64,000 nucleotides of DNA from an uncultured Candidatus Saccharibacteria bacterium (GCA_964621595.1 CAZUPO010000001.1:142758-206757), one strand, 5' to 3'; counted from the first letter of the stretch, positions 21,386 through 31,180 are shown. Notes: generated by a model from the sequence alone, not told the origin. Translations and numbers: made by a program.

Positions 21386-22276
21386 CTACTTCATGTAGAG
21401 TTCCATCTTTGCTTTTACAACTTTTTTCATCGTCTCTTGTCCTTCTTTTCCAAACTTGTATGGCGCAATTTCATTTTGATGAGCATCTAAGTATGCTTTT
21501 ACACCGTCGCGGAACGCCTTTCGTATCTCAGTATTAATGTGCACAATCGCGATACCATTATCGATAGAAGCCATAAGATCCTCGTCAGTATTTCCACTTG
21601 CTCCATGAAGCACCATTGGAATATCTATAACGTTTTTTATCTCACGTAATCGGTCGATGCGAAGTTTTGGATCCGGAGCATCGATAAGCATTCCATGAAC
21701 ATTTCCAATAGCTGGAGCAAACATATCAATACCCGTTCGGAGGACAAAGTCTTTCGCTTGCTCAGGTGTTGTAAGATTTTCCTCACTTACTCCCTCTGGA
21801 AGAGTTGCATTAAGAGATGACGATTGTCCAATGTACCCGAGTTCTGCTTCGACAAGCACCCTCTTTCCTGTCTTTGCTTCATACGCACGAACAAAGTCAA
21901 CACAACTTTTTACAAGTGCCACGTTTTCTTCATACGGAAGTTTTGCTCCGTCAACAATTACACTGTCATAACCTGCCTCCACCACCTCCTGAACTTTCTC
22001 AAGTGTGTACGTGTGATCGGCATTTAAAAATACTGGTATGTCATACTCTTTATTCAACTGATCCACAATCGCACGCACCATAGCCACGCCCATGTACTCC
22101 CGTTCACCTTCACTTGCTCCGATGATAACTGGCTGGTTAAGTTCTTGTGAGACTTGGCAAATAGCTCGCGCCTGGTCAAGATTAGAAATATTAAAGTGAG
22201 CAATCGCCTTGCCCTCACCTTTGTATTTCATAATTGTCTCTACATAAAATTCTGATTGTGGTGTATATGACTTCAT
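21386..22276 (-). CDS. fba: Class II fructose-bisphosphate aldolase
   Basis: NADH, VEAELGYIG, IGNVHG, VLHGASG, HINTE. Confidence 0.93.
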   Translation of the reverse strand: MKSYTPQSEFYVETIMKYKGEGKAIAHFNISNLDQARAICQVSQELNQPVIIGASEGEREYMGVAMVRAIVDQLNKEYDIPVFLNADHTYTLEKVQEVVEAGYDSVIVDGAKLPYEENVALVKSCVDFVRAYEAKTGKRVLVEAELGYIGQSSSLNATLPEGVSEENLTTPEQAKDFVLRTGIDMFAPAIGNVHGMLIDAPDPKLRIDRLREIKNVIDIPMVLHGASGNTDEDLMASIDNGIAIVHINTEIRKAFRDGVKAYLDAHQNEIAPYKFGKEGQETMKKVVKAKMELYMK

Positions 22277-22318
22277 ATCAACATAGTATAGCGTACTTTG
22301 ATTGCTATACTAGGGCAC

Positions 22319-23314
22319 ATGGAACATTCACAAGAATTTGACGTCGTAAGTATTGGCGACACAGTGGTAGACGCTTTTATTAGATTATCAATTGGTCACA
22401 TTCAAGAGACAGCACATGGTGCAGAACTCTGTATCCCTTATGGAATGAAAGTTCCATTTGATGATGTAACCGTGCTCTACGCGGTAGGAAACAGTGCTAA
22501 CGCTTCAGTCTCTGCCGCGCGTCTTGGCCTTCGCTCTGCACTTCTAACCTCTCTTGGTAATGACGAGGATGGCAAACGATCGCTAGAGCACCTCAAAGGT
22601 GACGGGGTAATCACTGATCTTATTCATCTCGAGGATGGAAAGAAAACAAACTACCATTATGTGCTCTGGAAAGGAGACGATCGAACTATTCTCATTAAAC
22701 ATGAAGAATTTACCCCATTCTTACCGGAGATGGGTAAACCGAAGTGGCTTTACCTCTCCTCTCTTGGAAAGCACACTCTTCCATACCATTTTGAACTCAT
22801 TGAATACTTGAAGAAAAACCCAGAAACAAAACTTGCCTTCCAGCCGGGAACATTCCAACTCAACTTAGGAGATCAGATTTCCGAACTCTACAAGTTAACA
22901 GAAGTGGTGTGTATGAATAAAGAAGAAGCAGAAGAGTTACTTAAAAAAGACACCACCGCAACCATTAAAGAATTACTCGATGGCCTACAAGCAAAAGGAC
23001 CAAAAGTTGTCATCGTAACAGATGGTCATGGTGGATCATACATGAAGTATGACAACACGTACTTCAACATGCCTATTTACCCTGACATCGCAGCGCCATT
23101 TGAACGAACAGGCGCCGGAGATGCATTCTTCTCAACATTTATTGCCTACCTTGCAAAGGGATATGATGCGCCTTACGCAATACAACGTGCACCGATTAAC
23201 AGTATGAACGTTGTGCAACACATTGGTGCGCAAGAAGGACTACTTACGGAAGCAAAATTAGAAGAATTCCTCAAAAACGCTCCAGCGGATTATAAGTTGA
23301 AAATATTGGAGTAG
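22319..23314 (+). CDS. PfkB-family carbohydrate kinase
   Basis: GNSANA, N.EEA, RTGAGDAF. Confidence 0.9.
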   Translation: MEHSQEFDVVSIGDTVVDAFIRLSIGHIQETAHGAELCIPYGMKVPFDDVTVLYAVGNSANASVSAARLGLRSALLTSLGNDEDGKRSLEHLKGDGVITDLIHLEDGKKTNYHYVLWKGDDRTILIKHEEFTPFLPEMGKPKWLYLSSLGKHTLPYHFELIEYLKKNPETKLAFQPGTFQLNLGDQISELYKLTEVVCMNKEEAEELLKKDTTATIKELLDGLQAKGPKVVIVTDGHGGSYMKYDNTYFNMPIYPDIAAPFERTGAGDAFFSTFIAYLAKGYDAPYAIQRAPINSMNVVQHIGAQEGLLTEAKLEEFLKNAPADYKLKILE

Positions 23315-23375
23315 AGGTAGTTACTAGGGGCTAGGTGTTAGGGAATAGAAAAATGGTATCGAACTAATTTACGAA

Positions 23376-23395
23376 CCTGCCTGTCGGCAGACAGG
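23376..23395. repeat. 20-nt palindromic element CCTGCCTGTCGGCAGACAGG (copy 1)
   Basis: Exact reverse complement of 40699-40718; related to 27189-27209. Confidence 0.85.
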
Positions 23396-23419
23396 TAACG
23401 AATTACTAATAACTATGCG

Positions 23420-24406
23420 CTACCTAATCGCTTGTCGAACTTTTTCTGCAATATGCTTTGCAGTAAGCCCATACTCTTCGTAGAGTTCTTGCACCTTTCC
23501 ACTTTGTCCAAAACGATCCTCAACACCCACTCGAATAACGCGAATAGGAGAGTGTTCACTCAAGTACTCTGCAATCGCACTTCCTAAGCCCCCTGCTACT
23601 TGATGCTCTTCTACTGTAACGATCGCCCTCACTTCTTTTGCGAAACGCAACAAAAATGATGCGTCGAGAGGTTTTACTTGTGGCATATTTACCACCGTAA
23701 CACCAAACCCTTCTTTCTCGAGATCATTCGCTGCCTTTAAGGCTTCATAAATAATTGGACCACACGCAATGATACCAACCTTATACGCAAATTCTCCCCC
23801 ATACTTATGCTGTGGGATTTTCATAACATATGCTTTTCCATGATTCCAAGCATAATTATCTGGCACAATAAGCGGTGTCTTCTCACGAGTGAGGCGTAAG
23901 TACGCCGGTTTCTTGGTAGTAGCAATATGCTCGGTGATTGCCCGTGCTTCTGTTGCATCACACGGAACAAACACTTCCATGTTAGGAATCATACGCATAA
24001 TAGCAATATCTTCTATTGCTTGGTGGGTTGCGCCATCTGGTCCAACGGAAATACCAGCGTGTGCACCTACCACTTTCACAGGAACATTGTTATACGCAGC
24101 CGTTGTACGAATCTGTTCCCAATTTCTTCCTGGAGAAAACATTGCGTAACTTGCAATGAATGGAACGTATCCCATCGCTGCCATACCAGAAGCCAATCCT
24201 GACATCGCCTGTTCTGTAATTCCTGTTTCAAAAAAACGAAATGGGAACTTCGCACGGAAGCCATCCATCTTCACACTTTCAGTGAGATCAGCACAGAGCG
24301 CAACTACACGTGGATTCGCCTCCCCCGCGTTAATCAACCCCTCACCAAAGCCTTCTCGGGTTGCTTTCTCTTCTTCTTTTGCTGTAAAAAGTGTTTTACG
24401 TATCAT
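23420..24406 (-). CDS. Transketolase C-terminal subunit
   Basis: ADL, GITEQ, GPDGATHQ, YLRL.R, TVEEH..GGLG. Confidence 0.93.
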   Translation of the reverse strand: MIRKTLFTAKEEEKATREGFGEGLINAGEANPRVVALCADLTESVKMDGFRAKFPFRFFETGITEQAMSGLASGMAAMGYVPFIASYAMFSPGRNWEQIRTTAAYNNVPVKVVGAHAGISVGPDGATHQAIEDIAIMRMIPNMEVFVPCDATEARAITEHIATTKKPAYLRLTREKTPLIVPDNYAWNHGKAYVMKIPQHKYGGEFAYKVGIIACGPIIYEALKAANDLEKEGFGVTVVNMPQVKPLDASFLLRFAKEVRAIVTVEEHQVAGGLGSAIAEYLSEHSPIRVIRVGVEDRFGQSGKVQELYEEYGLTAKHIAEKVRQAIR

Positions 24407-24408
24407 AC

Positions 24409-25275
24409 TTATTCTTCTCCAAATTTAACCTTACCCGAAAGCGTACGTAATTCTTTTAATGCAGCACGTCCCTCCTCTGCATTTGGTGCCTTACCGTGCC
24501 ACCTATAGTCACCTTCGAACGCTGTTACACCCTTGCCTGGAATTGTGTGGGCAATGATCACTGTTGGTTTGTCCAGTGAACTCTTTGCCATACCAACGGC
24601 GCGCACGATTTCACGGAAATTGTGTCCGTCTATTTCTATGACATGGAAATTAAAAGCTTCCAACTTTTCCTTAAGTGGTTCAAGAGGGAGCACATCTTCG
24701 GTATACCCATCAATTTGAATCGTGTTTCTATCAATAAAAGAAATAACTTTATGAAGTTTGTATTTCCCAAGGAGGAGAAGGGACTCCCACACCTGCCCTT
24801 CGTTAATTTCACCATCACCCATGCAACAATAAAAATATCTATCTGGTTTGTGATTCTCTAATCGGTCCATGAGCGCCATACCGATTGCCTGTGAAAGCCC
24901 AGATCCAAGCGGACCAGATGATGTTTCTAGTCCGGGAAGTGTTTCTCGATGTGGATGACCCTGCAGACGAGAGCCGAACCGTCGCAAAGTCTTCAACTCC
25001 GAAATAGGAAAGTACCCTGCATGAGCCATCGTTGCATACAAGACTGGTGCAATGTGGCCGTTGGACAGAATGACTCGATCGCGCTGCGCCCAGTGTGGAT
25101 GACGCGGATTGTGATTAATGATACGAAAATATAACGCAGTAAAAACATCTGTCATGCCGAGTGAACCAGCAGTATGACCACTCCCAGCCTCAACAAGCAT
25201 CTTTATAATACTTTCTCGAATATCTTCTGCTCGGAGTGTAAGTGCCTGAACTTCTACATCTGTTAGAGAATGCAT
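24409..25275 (-). CDS. Transketolase N-terminal subunit
   Basis: SGH, DR.ILSNGH, LQGHP, GDGE..EGQVWE, WHG. Confidence 0.93.
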   Translation of the reverse strand: MHSLTDVEVQALTLRAEDIRESIIKMLVEAGSGHTAGSLGMTDVFTALYFRIINHNPRHPHWAQRDRVILSNGHIAPVLYATMAHAGYFPISELKTLRRFGSRLQGHPHRETLPGLETSSGPLGSGLSQAIGMALMDRLENHKPDRYFYCCMGDGEINEGQVWESLLLLGKYKLHKVISFIDRNTIQIDGYTEDVLPLEPLKEKLEAFNFHVIEIDGHNFREIVRAVGMAKSSLDKPTVIIAHTIPGKGVTAFEGDYRWHGKAPNAEEGRAALKELRTLSGKVKFGEE

Positions 25276-25329
25276 GAACGTAGTATATAGGTAGTGGAAA
25301 TTTGTTACTAGTGGACTACCCTTTATCAA

Positions 25330-25989
25330 CTACCTCTGTAGTGATAATTGTAACGCTTCCAGTGTCTCTTTTGGCTTTCCATCACTAAACAAATATGAAC
25401 CGACAACAACCCCATCTGCTCCTTTCATGTTCATAAGTGGAACAGTTATGGCATTCATCGCCCCATCAACCTGAATGGGAATAGTTGCAAATATCCCCTT
25501 GAGAGTTGCAACTCTCTCTGGTGCGGTATGGTCAAGCGGTTGACCCTGTATTCCAATAGTCTCAATACCCATCACTTGGATGAAAACACGTCTCCATTTT
25601 TCTTGGATCGTTTGTATGACATGCTTGTGGAAATGAACATCTTTAGTATTAGAAACTGCAATACCTATCTCTAGCCCACGATCATGAGCAATAGAGAGAA
25701 GGTCTATTGTATCTACAGGAGAAAAAGAATCCATGTGCATGACAAATCGTTTAACACCAGCCTCAACAAGACACAAAAGCGGTGTCTTCCACTCTTTCAC
25801 CATAAGATCAAACTCGTACTCAAATCCTTCTGGTAACCGTGACCCCTCTACTGGCATCCAGGTGCGTTCCTTACCGATAATGCCATCACATAGATCTATC
25901 TGCACTCGACCAGTGAGACCTTGTAATAAATCTAATTTAGTCACTAGTTCATCAAAACTTTTCGGTAAAATTGCAGGAGTAATATACAT
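25330..25989 (-). CDS. rpe: Ribulose-phosphate 3-epimerase-like protein (divergent)
   Basis: PAIL, D..DG, DLMV, QVMG, G.QGQ, QVDG, VVGS; located in PPP cluster. Confidence 0.75.
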   Translation of the reverse strand: MYITPAILPKSFDELVTKLDLLQGLTGRVQIDLCDGIIGKERTWMPVEGSRLPEGFEYEFDLMVKEWKTPLLCLVEAGVKRFVMHMDSFSPVDTIDLLSIAHDRGLEIGIAVSNTKDVHFHKHVIQTIQEKWRRVFIQVMGIETIGIQGQPLDHTAPERVATLKGIFATIPIQVDGAMNAITVPLMNMKGADGVVVGSYLFSDGKPKETLEALQLSLQR

Positions 25990-26003
25990 ACCTCTTATTA
26001 CAA

Positions 26004-26471
26004 TTACATTTTTCCCTTTAACAGGTCCTCAATTTGGACAATGCGATCTGCATGACGCTCTTCATGAGAAAAGGCTGTGCTGAGAAACAATTCTATTGCT
26101 TCCCTTGCTTCATTGAATGTCACAAATCGTGCTCCGATAGATAGAACATTAGCATCGTTGTGTTCACGTCCGAGTTTAACAAGTTCCAAATTCCCTCCAG
26201 CATAAACCACTGCCCTCACGTGGCGGAAACGGTTGGCAACGATCGCCTCCCCTTGCCCAGAACCACCAAAGATAATAGCAACGGATGGCTCGTGAAGTGC
26301 GTCCTTCTGAACATTTTCTGCTGCGCGAATCATATACTCTGGGTAATCATCCCCAGCCTCAAGAGTAAGCGCTCCGCAATCAAAAACATGATGACCCTGC
26401 TCTTCTAGATATACTCGAACCTGCTCTTTTAATTCAAAACCAGCGTGATCTGTTGCAACGTAAATTTTCAT
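26004..26471 (-). CDS. rpiB: Ribose-5-phosphate isomerase B
   Basis: DHAGFELK, DDYP, GGSGQGE (Glu-type active site), REHNDANVL, RH..R. Confidence 0.93.
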   Translation of the reverse strand: MKIYVATDHAGFELKEQVRVYLEEQGHHVFDCGALTLEAGDDYPEYMIRAAENVQKDALHEPSVAIIFGGSGQGEAIVANRFRHVRAVVYAGGNLELVKLGREHNDANVLSIGARFVTFNEAREAIELFLSTAFSHEERHADRIVQIEDLLKGKM

Positions 26472-26536
26472 ATGAATTATATTTCTTAATCTGAGTATAT
26501 CAAAATACTTTTACTTACAGATAACTCTTAAGAGAA

Positions 26537-27616
26537 TTATACTCCGATTTTCTTCCCTGCTCGTGCAACGTGTTCAACGAGGGTGTTGGTATAGCCCATC
26601 TCGTTATCGTACCACGCAAGAACTTTTACAAGGTTTCCTCCAACAACACGTGTCATCTTAAGATCAGCTATGGAAGCGTATGGGAGGCCAAGAATGTCAC
26701 TCGAAACAAGTTCCTCTTCTGTTGCTTGAAAAACATGCTTCCAGCGATCTGTTGTTGCAGCCTGCTTGAGAATGTTGTTCACCTCTTCGACTGTGGTTGT
26801 TCGTTTTGCGATGAAGGTTATATCTGCGATAGATCCAGCTGGGGTTGGAACACGGATAGAGATACCATCGAAGAGACCTGTAAGAGAAGTGAATGCCTTT
26901 GTTACTGCAATCGCTGCACCAGTTGAAGATGGGACGATGTTCTGTGCTGCTGCGCGACCTTCACGGAAGTCTTTCTTATTTGGACCATCAACGATTCCCT
27001 GTGAAGCAGTGTATGAGTGGACGGTGTTAAGTATGGCTTTTTCGATCCCGATTGCTTCGTCGAGTATTGCAATAACAGGAGATGATGCGTTTGTAGTACA
27101 TGATGCGTTTGAAGTAACTTTACATGTACCAAACTTATCTTCGTTTACAGAGAGAAGGATTGTTTCCCCATGTACTGCTGACTCACCGCCTGCCTGTCCG
27201 GCAGGCAGGTCTTTTGCTGGAGCAGAAATAACCACATGCTTTGCCCCCGCTTGAAGGTGAACTGATGCCTTGTCATATGCCGTAAAGAGTCCAGTTGATT
27301 CGACAACAACATCCACATCCATTGCACCCCATGGGAGTTGAAGTGGATCTTTTTCTTGAACCACCTTCACACGCATTGGTTTAGCACCTTCAACCACGAG
27401 GTACTGCTCCTTAGAATCTTCATGAACTTCTGCATGTACATCGAAATGTGATACTCGATACACCGTATCGTACTGAAGAAGATACGCGAGGTTCTTTACA
27501 TCTCCTAGATCATTTACTGCGACAACTTCCATGTCATCTCGTTCAAGGGCCACCTTGAAGAACGCTCGCCCGATACGCCCAAATCCATTAATTGCTACTT
27601 TTATTTTTTTATCCAT
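26537..27616 (-). CDS. gap: Type I glyceraldehyde-3-phosphate dehydrogenase
   Basis: INGFGRIGR, SNASCTTN, WYDNE; carries a 7-codon palindrome-derived insert. Confidence 0.98.
   Translation of the reverse strand: MDKKIKVAINGFGRIGRAFFKVALERDDMEVVAVNDLGDVKNLAYLLQYDTVYRVSHFDVHAEVHEDSKEQYLVVEGAKPMRVKVVQEKDPLQLPWGAMDVDVVVESTGLFTAYDKASVHLQAGAKHVVISAPAKDLPAGQAGGESAVHGETILLSVNEDKFGTCKVTSNASCTTNASSPVIAILDEAIGIEKAILNTVHSYTASQGIVDGPNKKDFREGRAAAQNIVPSSTGAAIAVTKAFTSLTGLFDGISIRVPTPAGSIADITFIAKRTTTVEEVNNILKQAATTDRWKHVFQATEEELVSSDILGLPYASIADLKMTRVVGGNLVKVLAWYDNEMGYTNTLVEHVARAGKKIGV
27189..27209. repeat. 21-nt palindromic element inside gap (copy 2)
   Basis: CCTGCCTGTCCGGCAGGCAGG; read as LPAGQAG in GAPDH. 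Confidence 0.8.
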
Positions 27617-27624
27617 ATGGATAC

Positions 27625-27705
27625 TAGTATATAGGGATTAGGGACTAGGGACTAGTGGATAGGTGGCGAGCAGGTGATAGGTTGTAGCTGGTAGGAGGTA
27701 GTTAA
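27625..27705 (+). repeat. Degenerate TAG-N4 heptamer array
   Basis: TAG at 27625, 27632, 27639, 27646, 27653, 27660 and 27678, 27685, 27692, 27699. Confidence 0.85.
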
Positions 27706-27780
27706 GTATGTAGAGGATCCAATAGTACTACTGATACCGTAAAATTTCATCTAATAAGAAAACAAGGTTGGTGAAAAATT

Positions 27781-28326
27781 CTAATGAGTATTCTTAATAT
27801 GTTCTAATAGCATTTTTGCGCACACGACTCTTGGTTTAATAGTAAATCGCATCTCGTCACTCATCTCCGCACATGTTTGAGTGTGTCCATCTGGGATAAA
27901 TAACGGATCGAAGCCAAACCCTCCTTCTCCCCGAGGAGAAACAAAAACACCCTGTACCTGTGCTGTAAAAAACTTAATTTCATCTCGTTCGTTCATATAC
28001 CCGAGGTGAGTAACTTGTGTAGCCTTAGTATTGCCCAATGTTTTGAGTATTGTATATATTCGTTCTGTACCAAGATCCTGTAAAAAGAACTTTGAAAATG
28101 GACCGGGGAGATTGCCAAGCGCTTCACAGATATAACCTGTGTCTTCAACGATCATTCCCTCACCCTTGTAGTGTTTACGTGCTTCTTCTAACTTCTCTTT
28201 GATTACCTCTGTAAAATCCAAACTCTGAATCTCAGGCAGATTAATATCTTTCATAACAAGTCTATCCCCGATCACAGACTGTAACTCTATAAATTTATTC
28301 TTATTGCCAGTTATAAAGGTGATCAT
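27781..28326 (-). CDS. Non-canonical purine NTP pyrophosphatase (HAM1/RdgB/ITPase family)
   Basis: ITGNKNK, LPEIQS, VEDTG, LPGP..K, GFGFDPLF. Confidence 0.9.
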   Translation of the reverse strand: MITFITGNKNKFIELQSVIGDRLVMKDINLPEIQSLDFTEVIKEKLEEARKHYKGEGMIVEDTGYICEALGNLPGPFSKFFLQDLGTERIYTILKTLGNTKATQVTHLGYMNERDEIKFFTAQVQGVFVSPRGEGGFGFDPLFIPDGHTQTCAEMSDEMRFTIKPRVVCAKMLLEHIKNTH

Positions 28327-28346
28327 GTGCTAAAACTTTTTTATTT

Positions 28347-28420
28347 TGGCGGGCCCACAAGGATTCGAACCTTGGTCTGCGGTTTTGGAGACCGATATTC
28401 TACCACTGAACTATAGGCCC
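28347..28420 (-). tRNA. tRNA-Trp (CCA)
   Basis: GGGCCTA/TGGGCCC acceptor stem, anticodon loop CT-CCA-AA, GGTTCGAATCC T-loop, encoded 3' CCA. Confidence 0.96.
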
Positions 28421-28426
28421 GAAATA

Positions 28427-28536
28427 TGGGACAAGGTAATACGTGTGGTGGCGCCTATTTCACTTGTCGGCTCCCCGGCATCTGGCGACACCGGTTCAAA
28501 GCCTCGTCGCTATTCTACACACCACTCCTTGCCCCG
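28427..28536 (-). ncRNA. Candidate rod-shaped RNA upstream of tRNA-Trp
   Basis: Extended -10 TGtTAGAAT; terminal stem GGGGCAAGG/CCTTGTCCC, apical CCGGTGTC-gcca-GATGCCGG; G-U pairs only on minus strand. Confidence 0.5.
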
Positions 28537-28551
28537 TTCAAGATTCTAACA

Positions 28552-28580
28552 CAAAAGCAGTCGTGTAGCGACTGCTTTTG
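28552..28580 (-). terminator. rpmG terminator
   Basis: CAAAAGCAGTCG-5nt-CGACTGCTTTTG. Confidence 0.8.
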
Positions 28581-28606
28581 TTCTCACGAAATAAGTTTGT
28601 AGATTT

Positions 28607-28768
28607 TTACTTCTTCGTTTCTTTGAAGGTAACGTGCTTTCGAAGTTTCTTAGAATACTTCTTAAGTTCAACCTTACGGGTAACAAGTTTCTTGTTCTTT
28701 GAAGTCCAGTAAACTTCTCCTGTTTCCTTGTGTTTTAATTGGATGAGGCGGTCTTGTGCTTTTGCCAT
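28607..28768 (-). CDS. rpmG: 50S ribosomal protein L33 (53 aa, Cys-free type)
   Basis: Hand-translated [53 protein letters not shown]; near tRNA-Trp. Confidence 0.93.
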   Translation of the reverse strand: MAKAQDRLIQLKHKETGEVYWTSKNKKLVTRKVELKKYSKKLRKHVTFKETKK

Positions 28769-28833
28769 AATTGTTCAATTATAGCACAAAAGCCCTACAA
28801 AAGCAACTCTAGAAACTATCCACCACACCTAAA

Positions 28834-30228
28834 CTATGCCAATTTTTCTTGAAGATAGACAGAGAGTTTTGCTATCTCGACACGCTCTTGCTTCATGGTG
28901 TCTCGGTCACGCACAGTTACCGCGTTATCGGTTAAAGTATCAAAATCAACAGTTACACAGTACGGTGTCCCTATTTCATCCTGTCGTCTGTAGCGCTTAC
29001 CAATTGACTGTGTTTCGTCGTATGATACTCGTGCAATCTTTCTAAGGGATGATGCTACGTCACGTGCTTTTGTTGATAGTTCTTCTTTTTTAGAAAGTGG
29101 AAGTACGGCGATTTGAATCGGAGCAATACTTGGCTTGAATTGTAAAACAGTACGTATGTCTCCTTCCCCTACAGTTTCTTCTTTATACGCACTAGAGAGT
29201 ACTGCCAAGAATGTTCTCTCAAGACCAACTGATGGCTCGATACAGTGTGGGATAAATCGTTCTTTTAGTTCTTCGTCAAAATACGAGAGATCTGTTTTAC
29301 TGTATTCACCGTGTTGCTTTAGATCAAAGTCGGTTCTATAAGCGAGTCCTGCGAGTTCTTTTTGACCAATTGGAAAGTCGAATTCGAAGTCGATAGTTCT
29401 TTTGCTATAGTGAGCACGATCACCGTCACCAATTTCTACTTCATGGATATTTTCTGCTGGAAGTCCAATAGAGGTCATCCACGATGTGAATTCCCTGCGT
29501 AACTCTTCGAAGACTTTCTCCCAATCACGTGGATTACAAAAATATTCTATTTCCATCTGACTCATTTCACGGAGACGAAAGATGAAATCTCGTGGAGCAA
29601 TTTCATTACGAAATGCTTTACCAATCTGGGCAAGACCAAAAGGAAGACGTGGGTGAAAGGTGTCGAGGACATTTTTGAAATTAACAAACATTCCCCCTGC
29701 CGTTTCTGGACGAAGATATGAGATAGAAGTCGGGTCTTCAGTTGCGCCAATTTGTGTTTTAAACATCATGTTAAACTGACGTACATTTCCGATTTTTCTT
29801 AGGATGCCCCCCTCAGGAGTTTCTAACATTCCCGCTGATACCAGTGATTGAATTTTTGAATTAAGTTCATCAAGAGTTAATCCTGTGGCGCTATGTCCGA
29901 TATGTTCAAGAAGGTGATCGGCTCTATATCTTTTTTTAGTTTCTAAATCCTCAACCAAGGGATCAGAGAATCCCGCCACATGCCCACTTGCTTCCCACGC
30001 TTTCGCGTTCATGAGGATGGCGGCGTCTATTCCGTACATGTCAGTACGATTGGTTACAAAATGCTTCCACCAACTTTCTTCGATATTTTTCTTGAGGACT
30101 ACACCAAGTGGACCATAATCAAACGTTCCTGCGAGTCCACCATAGATTTCACTGCCGGGGAAAATAAAACCCCTTCGCTTACATAAGGAAACTATTTTTT
30201 CCATGAGATTCTCTCGATTTTCTTGCAT
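28834..30228 (-). CDS. glyQS: Glycine--tRNA ligase (alpha2 type)
   Basis: LCKRRGF, YLRPETA, FRNEI.PR, IEPSVG, SIGKRYRRQDEIGTP. Confidence 0.97.
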   Translation of the reverse strand: MQENRENLMEKIVSLCKRRGFIFPGSEIYGGLAGTFDYGPLGVVLKKNIEESWWKHFVTNRTDMYGIDAAILMNAKAWEASGHVAGFSDPLVEDLETKKRYRADHLLEHIGHSATGLTLDELNSKIQSLVSAGMLETPEGGILRKIGNVRQFNMMFKTQIGATEDPTSISYLRPETAGGMFVNFKNVLDTFHPRLPFGLAQIGKAFRNEIAPRDFIFRLREMSQMEIEYFCNPRDWEKVFEELRREFTSWMTSIGLPAENIHEVEIGDGDRAHYSKRTIDFEFDFPIGQKELAGLAYRTDFDLKQHGEYSKTDLSYFDEELKERFIPHCIEPSVGLERTFLAVLSSAYKEETVGEGDIRTVLQFKPSIAPIQIAVLPLSKKEELSTKARDVASSLRKIARVSYDETQSIGKRYRRQDEIGTPYCVTVDFDTLTDNAVTVRDRDTMKQERVEIAKLSVYLQEKLA

Positions 30229-30245
30229 ACAAACTATTCTACACG

Positions 30246-30500
30246 TTAATACTGAAACATGCCACCTAAGACACTGTTAAACATCTTTAGTATTCCACCA
30301 ACTGAGAAAATGATGAACAGTCCAACGAGTCCCCACAAGAGATGGCTCTTGCCTTCGTTTTTCTTCGTTGGATCATTGAAGTTATAAATAAACATCATCA
30401 CGCCATACAAAAAGTACACGAACGAACAAACAACGGCCAACTTGTAGAGCGGGCTAAAGAATTCGCGAATAACTGCTTGAAGAATTTGATCACCTGACAT
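30246..30500 (-). CDS. VirB2/TrbC-like (T4SS pilin-like) small membrane protein
   Basis: Two TMs joined by K..EGK.HLLWGLVGLFII.SV loop. Confidence 0.65.
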   Translation of the reverse strand: MSGDQILQAVIREFFSPLYKLAVVCSFVYFLYGVMMFIYNFNDPTKKNEGKSHLLWGLVGLFIIFSVGGILKMFNSVLGGMFQY

Positions 30501-30601
30501 AGTACTTACAAGTATACATGAAATCTGTCTCCGGGCACTCTGGAAAACAAAATCCCCCTCTGGGGAGATTTTGTTTTTATGAAATACGTTTAACTACGCG
30601 T

Positions 30602-31066
30602 TTATTGAAGCACTGGAACCGAAGGGATTGGAACTGATCCACCTTGTGATACACCTAAAATATTACCCATGAGAGCAATAATTCCCCAGATGGAAACCAT
30701 TACGAAGATAGCGAGTATAGAGTACCCCATACCTTTTAAGTTTGCAGACTTTCCTTCAGCACTTTGTCCTCCAACGAGTATGAATCGAACAAGGTAGAAG
30801 AAGAATGCCAGGACGGCGATCGTAACAGTAATAGGAACGAGAGCTCCGATGATACGACTGATAAGACCAAGGAGATTCATGAGAGGTCCTCCATTTACTT
30901 GTCCAACAGTACCAAAGATTCCTCCGAATCCACTTGTTCCGGCACCGATAGTAACAGGTGTACCGTTAACTGTTCCCGTAACACTTCCACCAGTAATGTT
31001 AATTTGTGCTGCAGCCATCATAACACTGGTGAGTGCAACGGATGCGATAGTTAAAACTTTTTTCAT
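30602..31066 (-). CDS. VirB2/TrbC-like pilin with signal peptide and Gly/Thr-rich segment
   Basis: MKK...AAA-Q signal; AFFFYLVRFI...MGYSILAIFVMVSIWGII hairpin. Confidence 0.65.
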   Translation of the reverse strand: MKKVLTIASVALTSVMMAAAQINITGGSVTGTVNGTPVTIGAGTSGFGGIFGTVGQVNGGPLMNLLGLISRIIGALVPITVTIAVLAFFFYLVRFILVGGQSAEGKSANLKGMGYSILAIFVMVSIWGIIALMGNILGVSQGGSVPIPSVPVLQ

Positions 31067-31180
31067 ATATTTTGTGTATACACCAAGTATACCTCCCCCA
31101 CCCCACATTGCAAGAGAATATATAAACAATAGGAATTTAGTGAGTGCATCTGTAACAAATGCTTAGTATAGAAATGATAA

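Noticed and set aside
28347-28420. tRNA-Trp as a sign of UGA recoding or as an integration site
   Set aside because: Anticodon is CCA, TGA ends genes normally here (e.g. atpG, Nramp), and no duplicated tRNA 3' end or integrase is seen.
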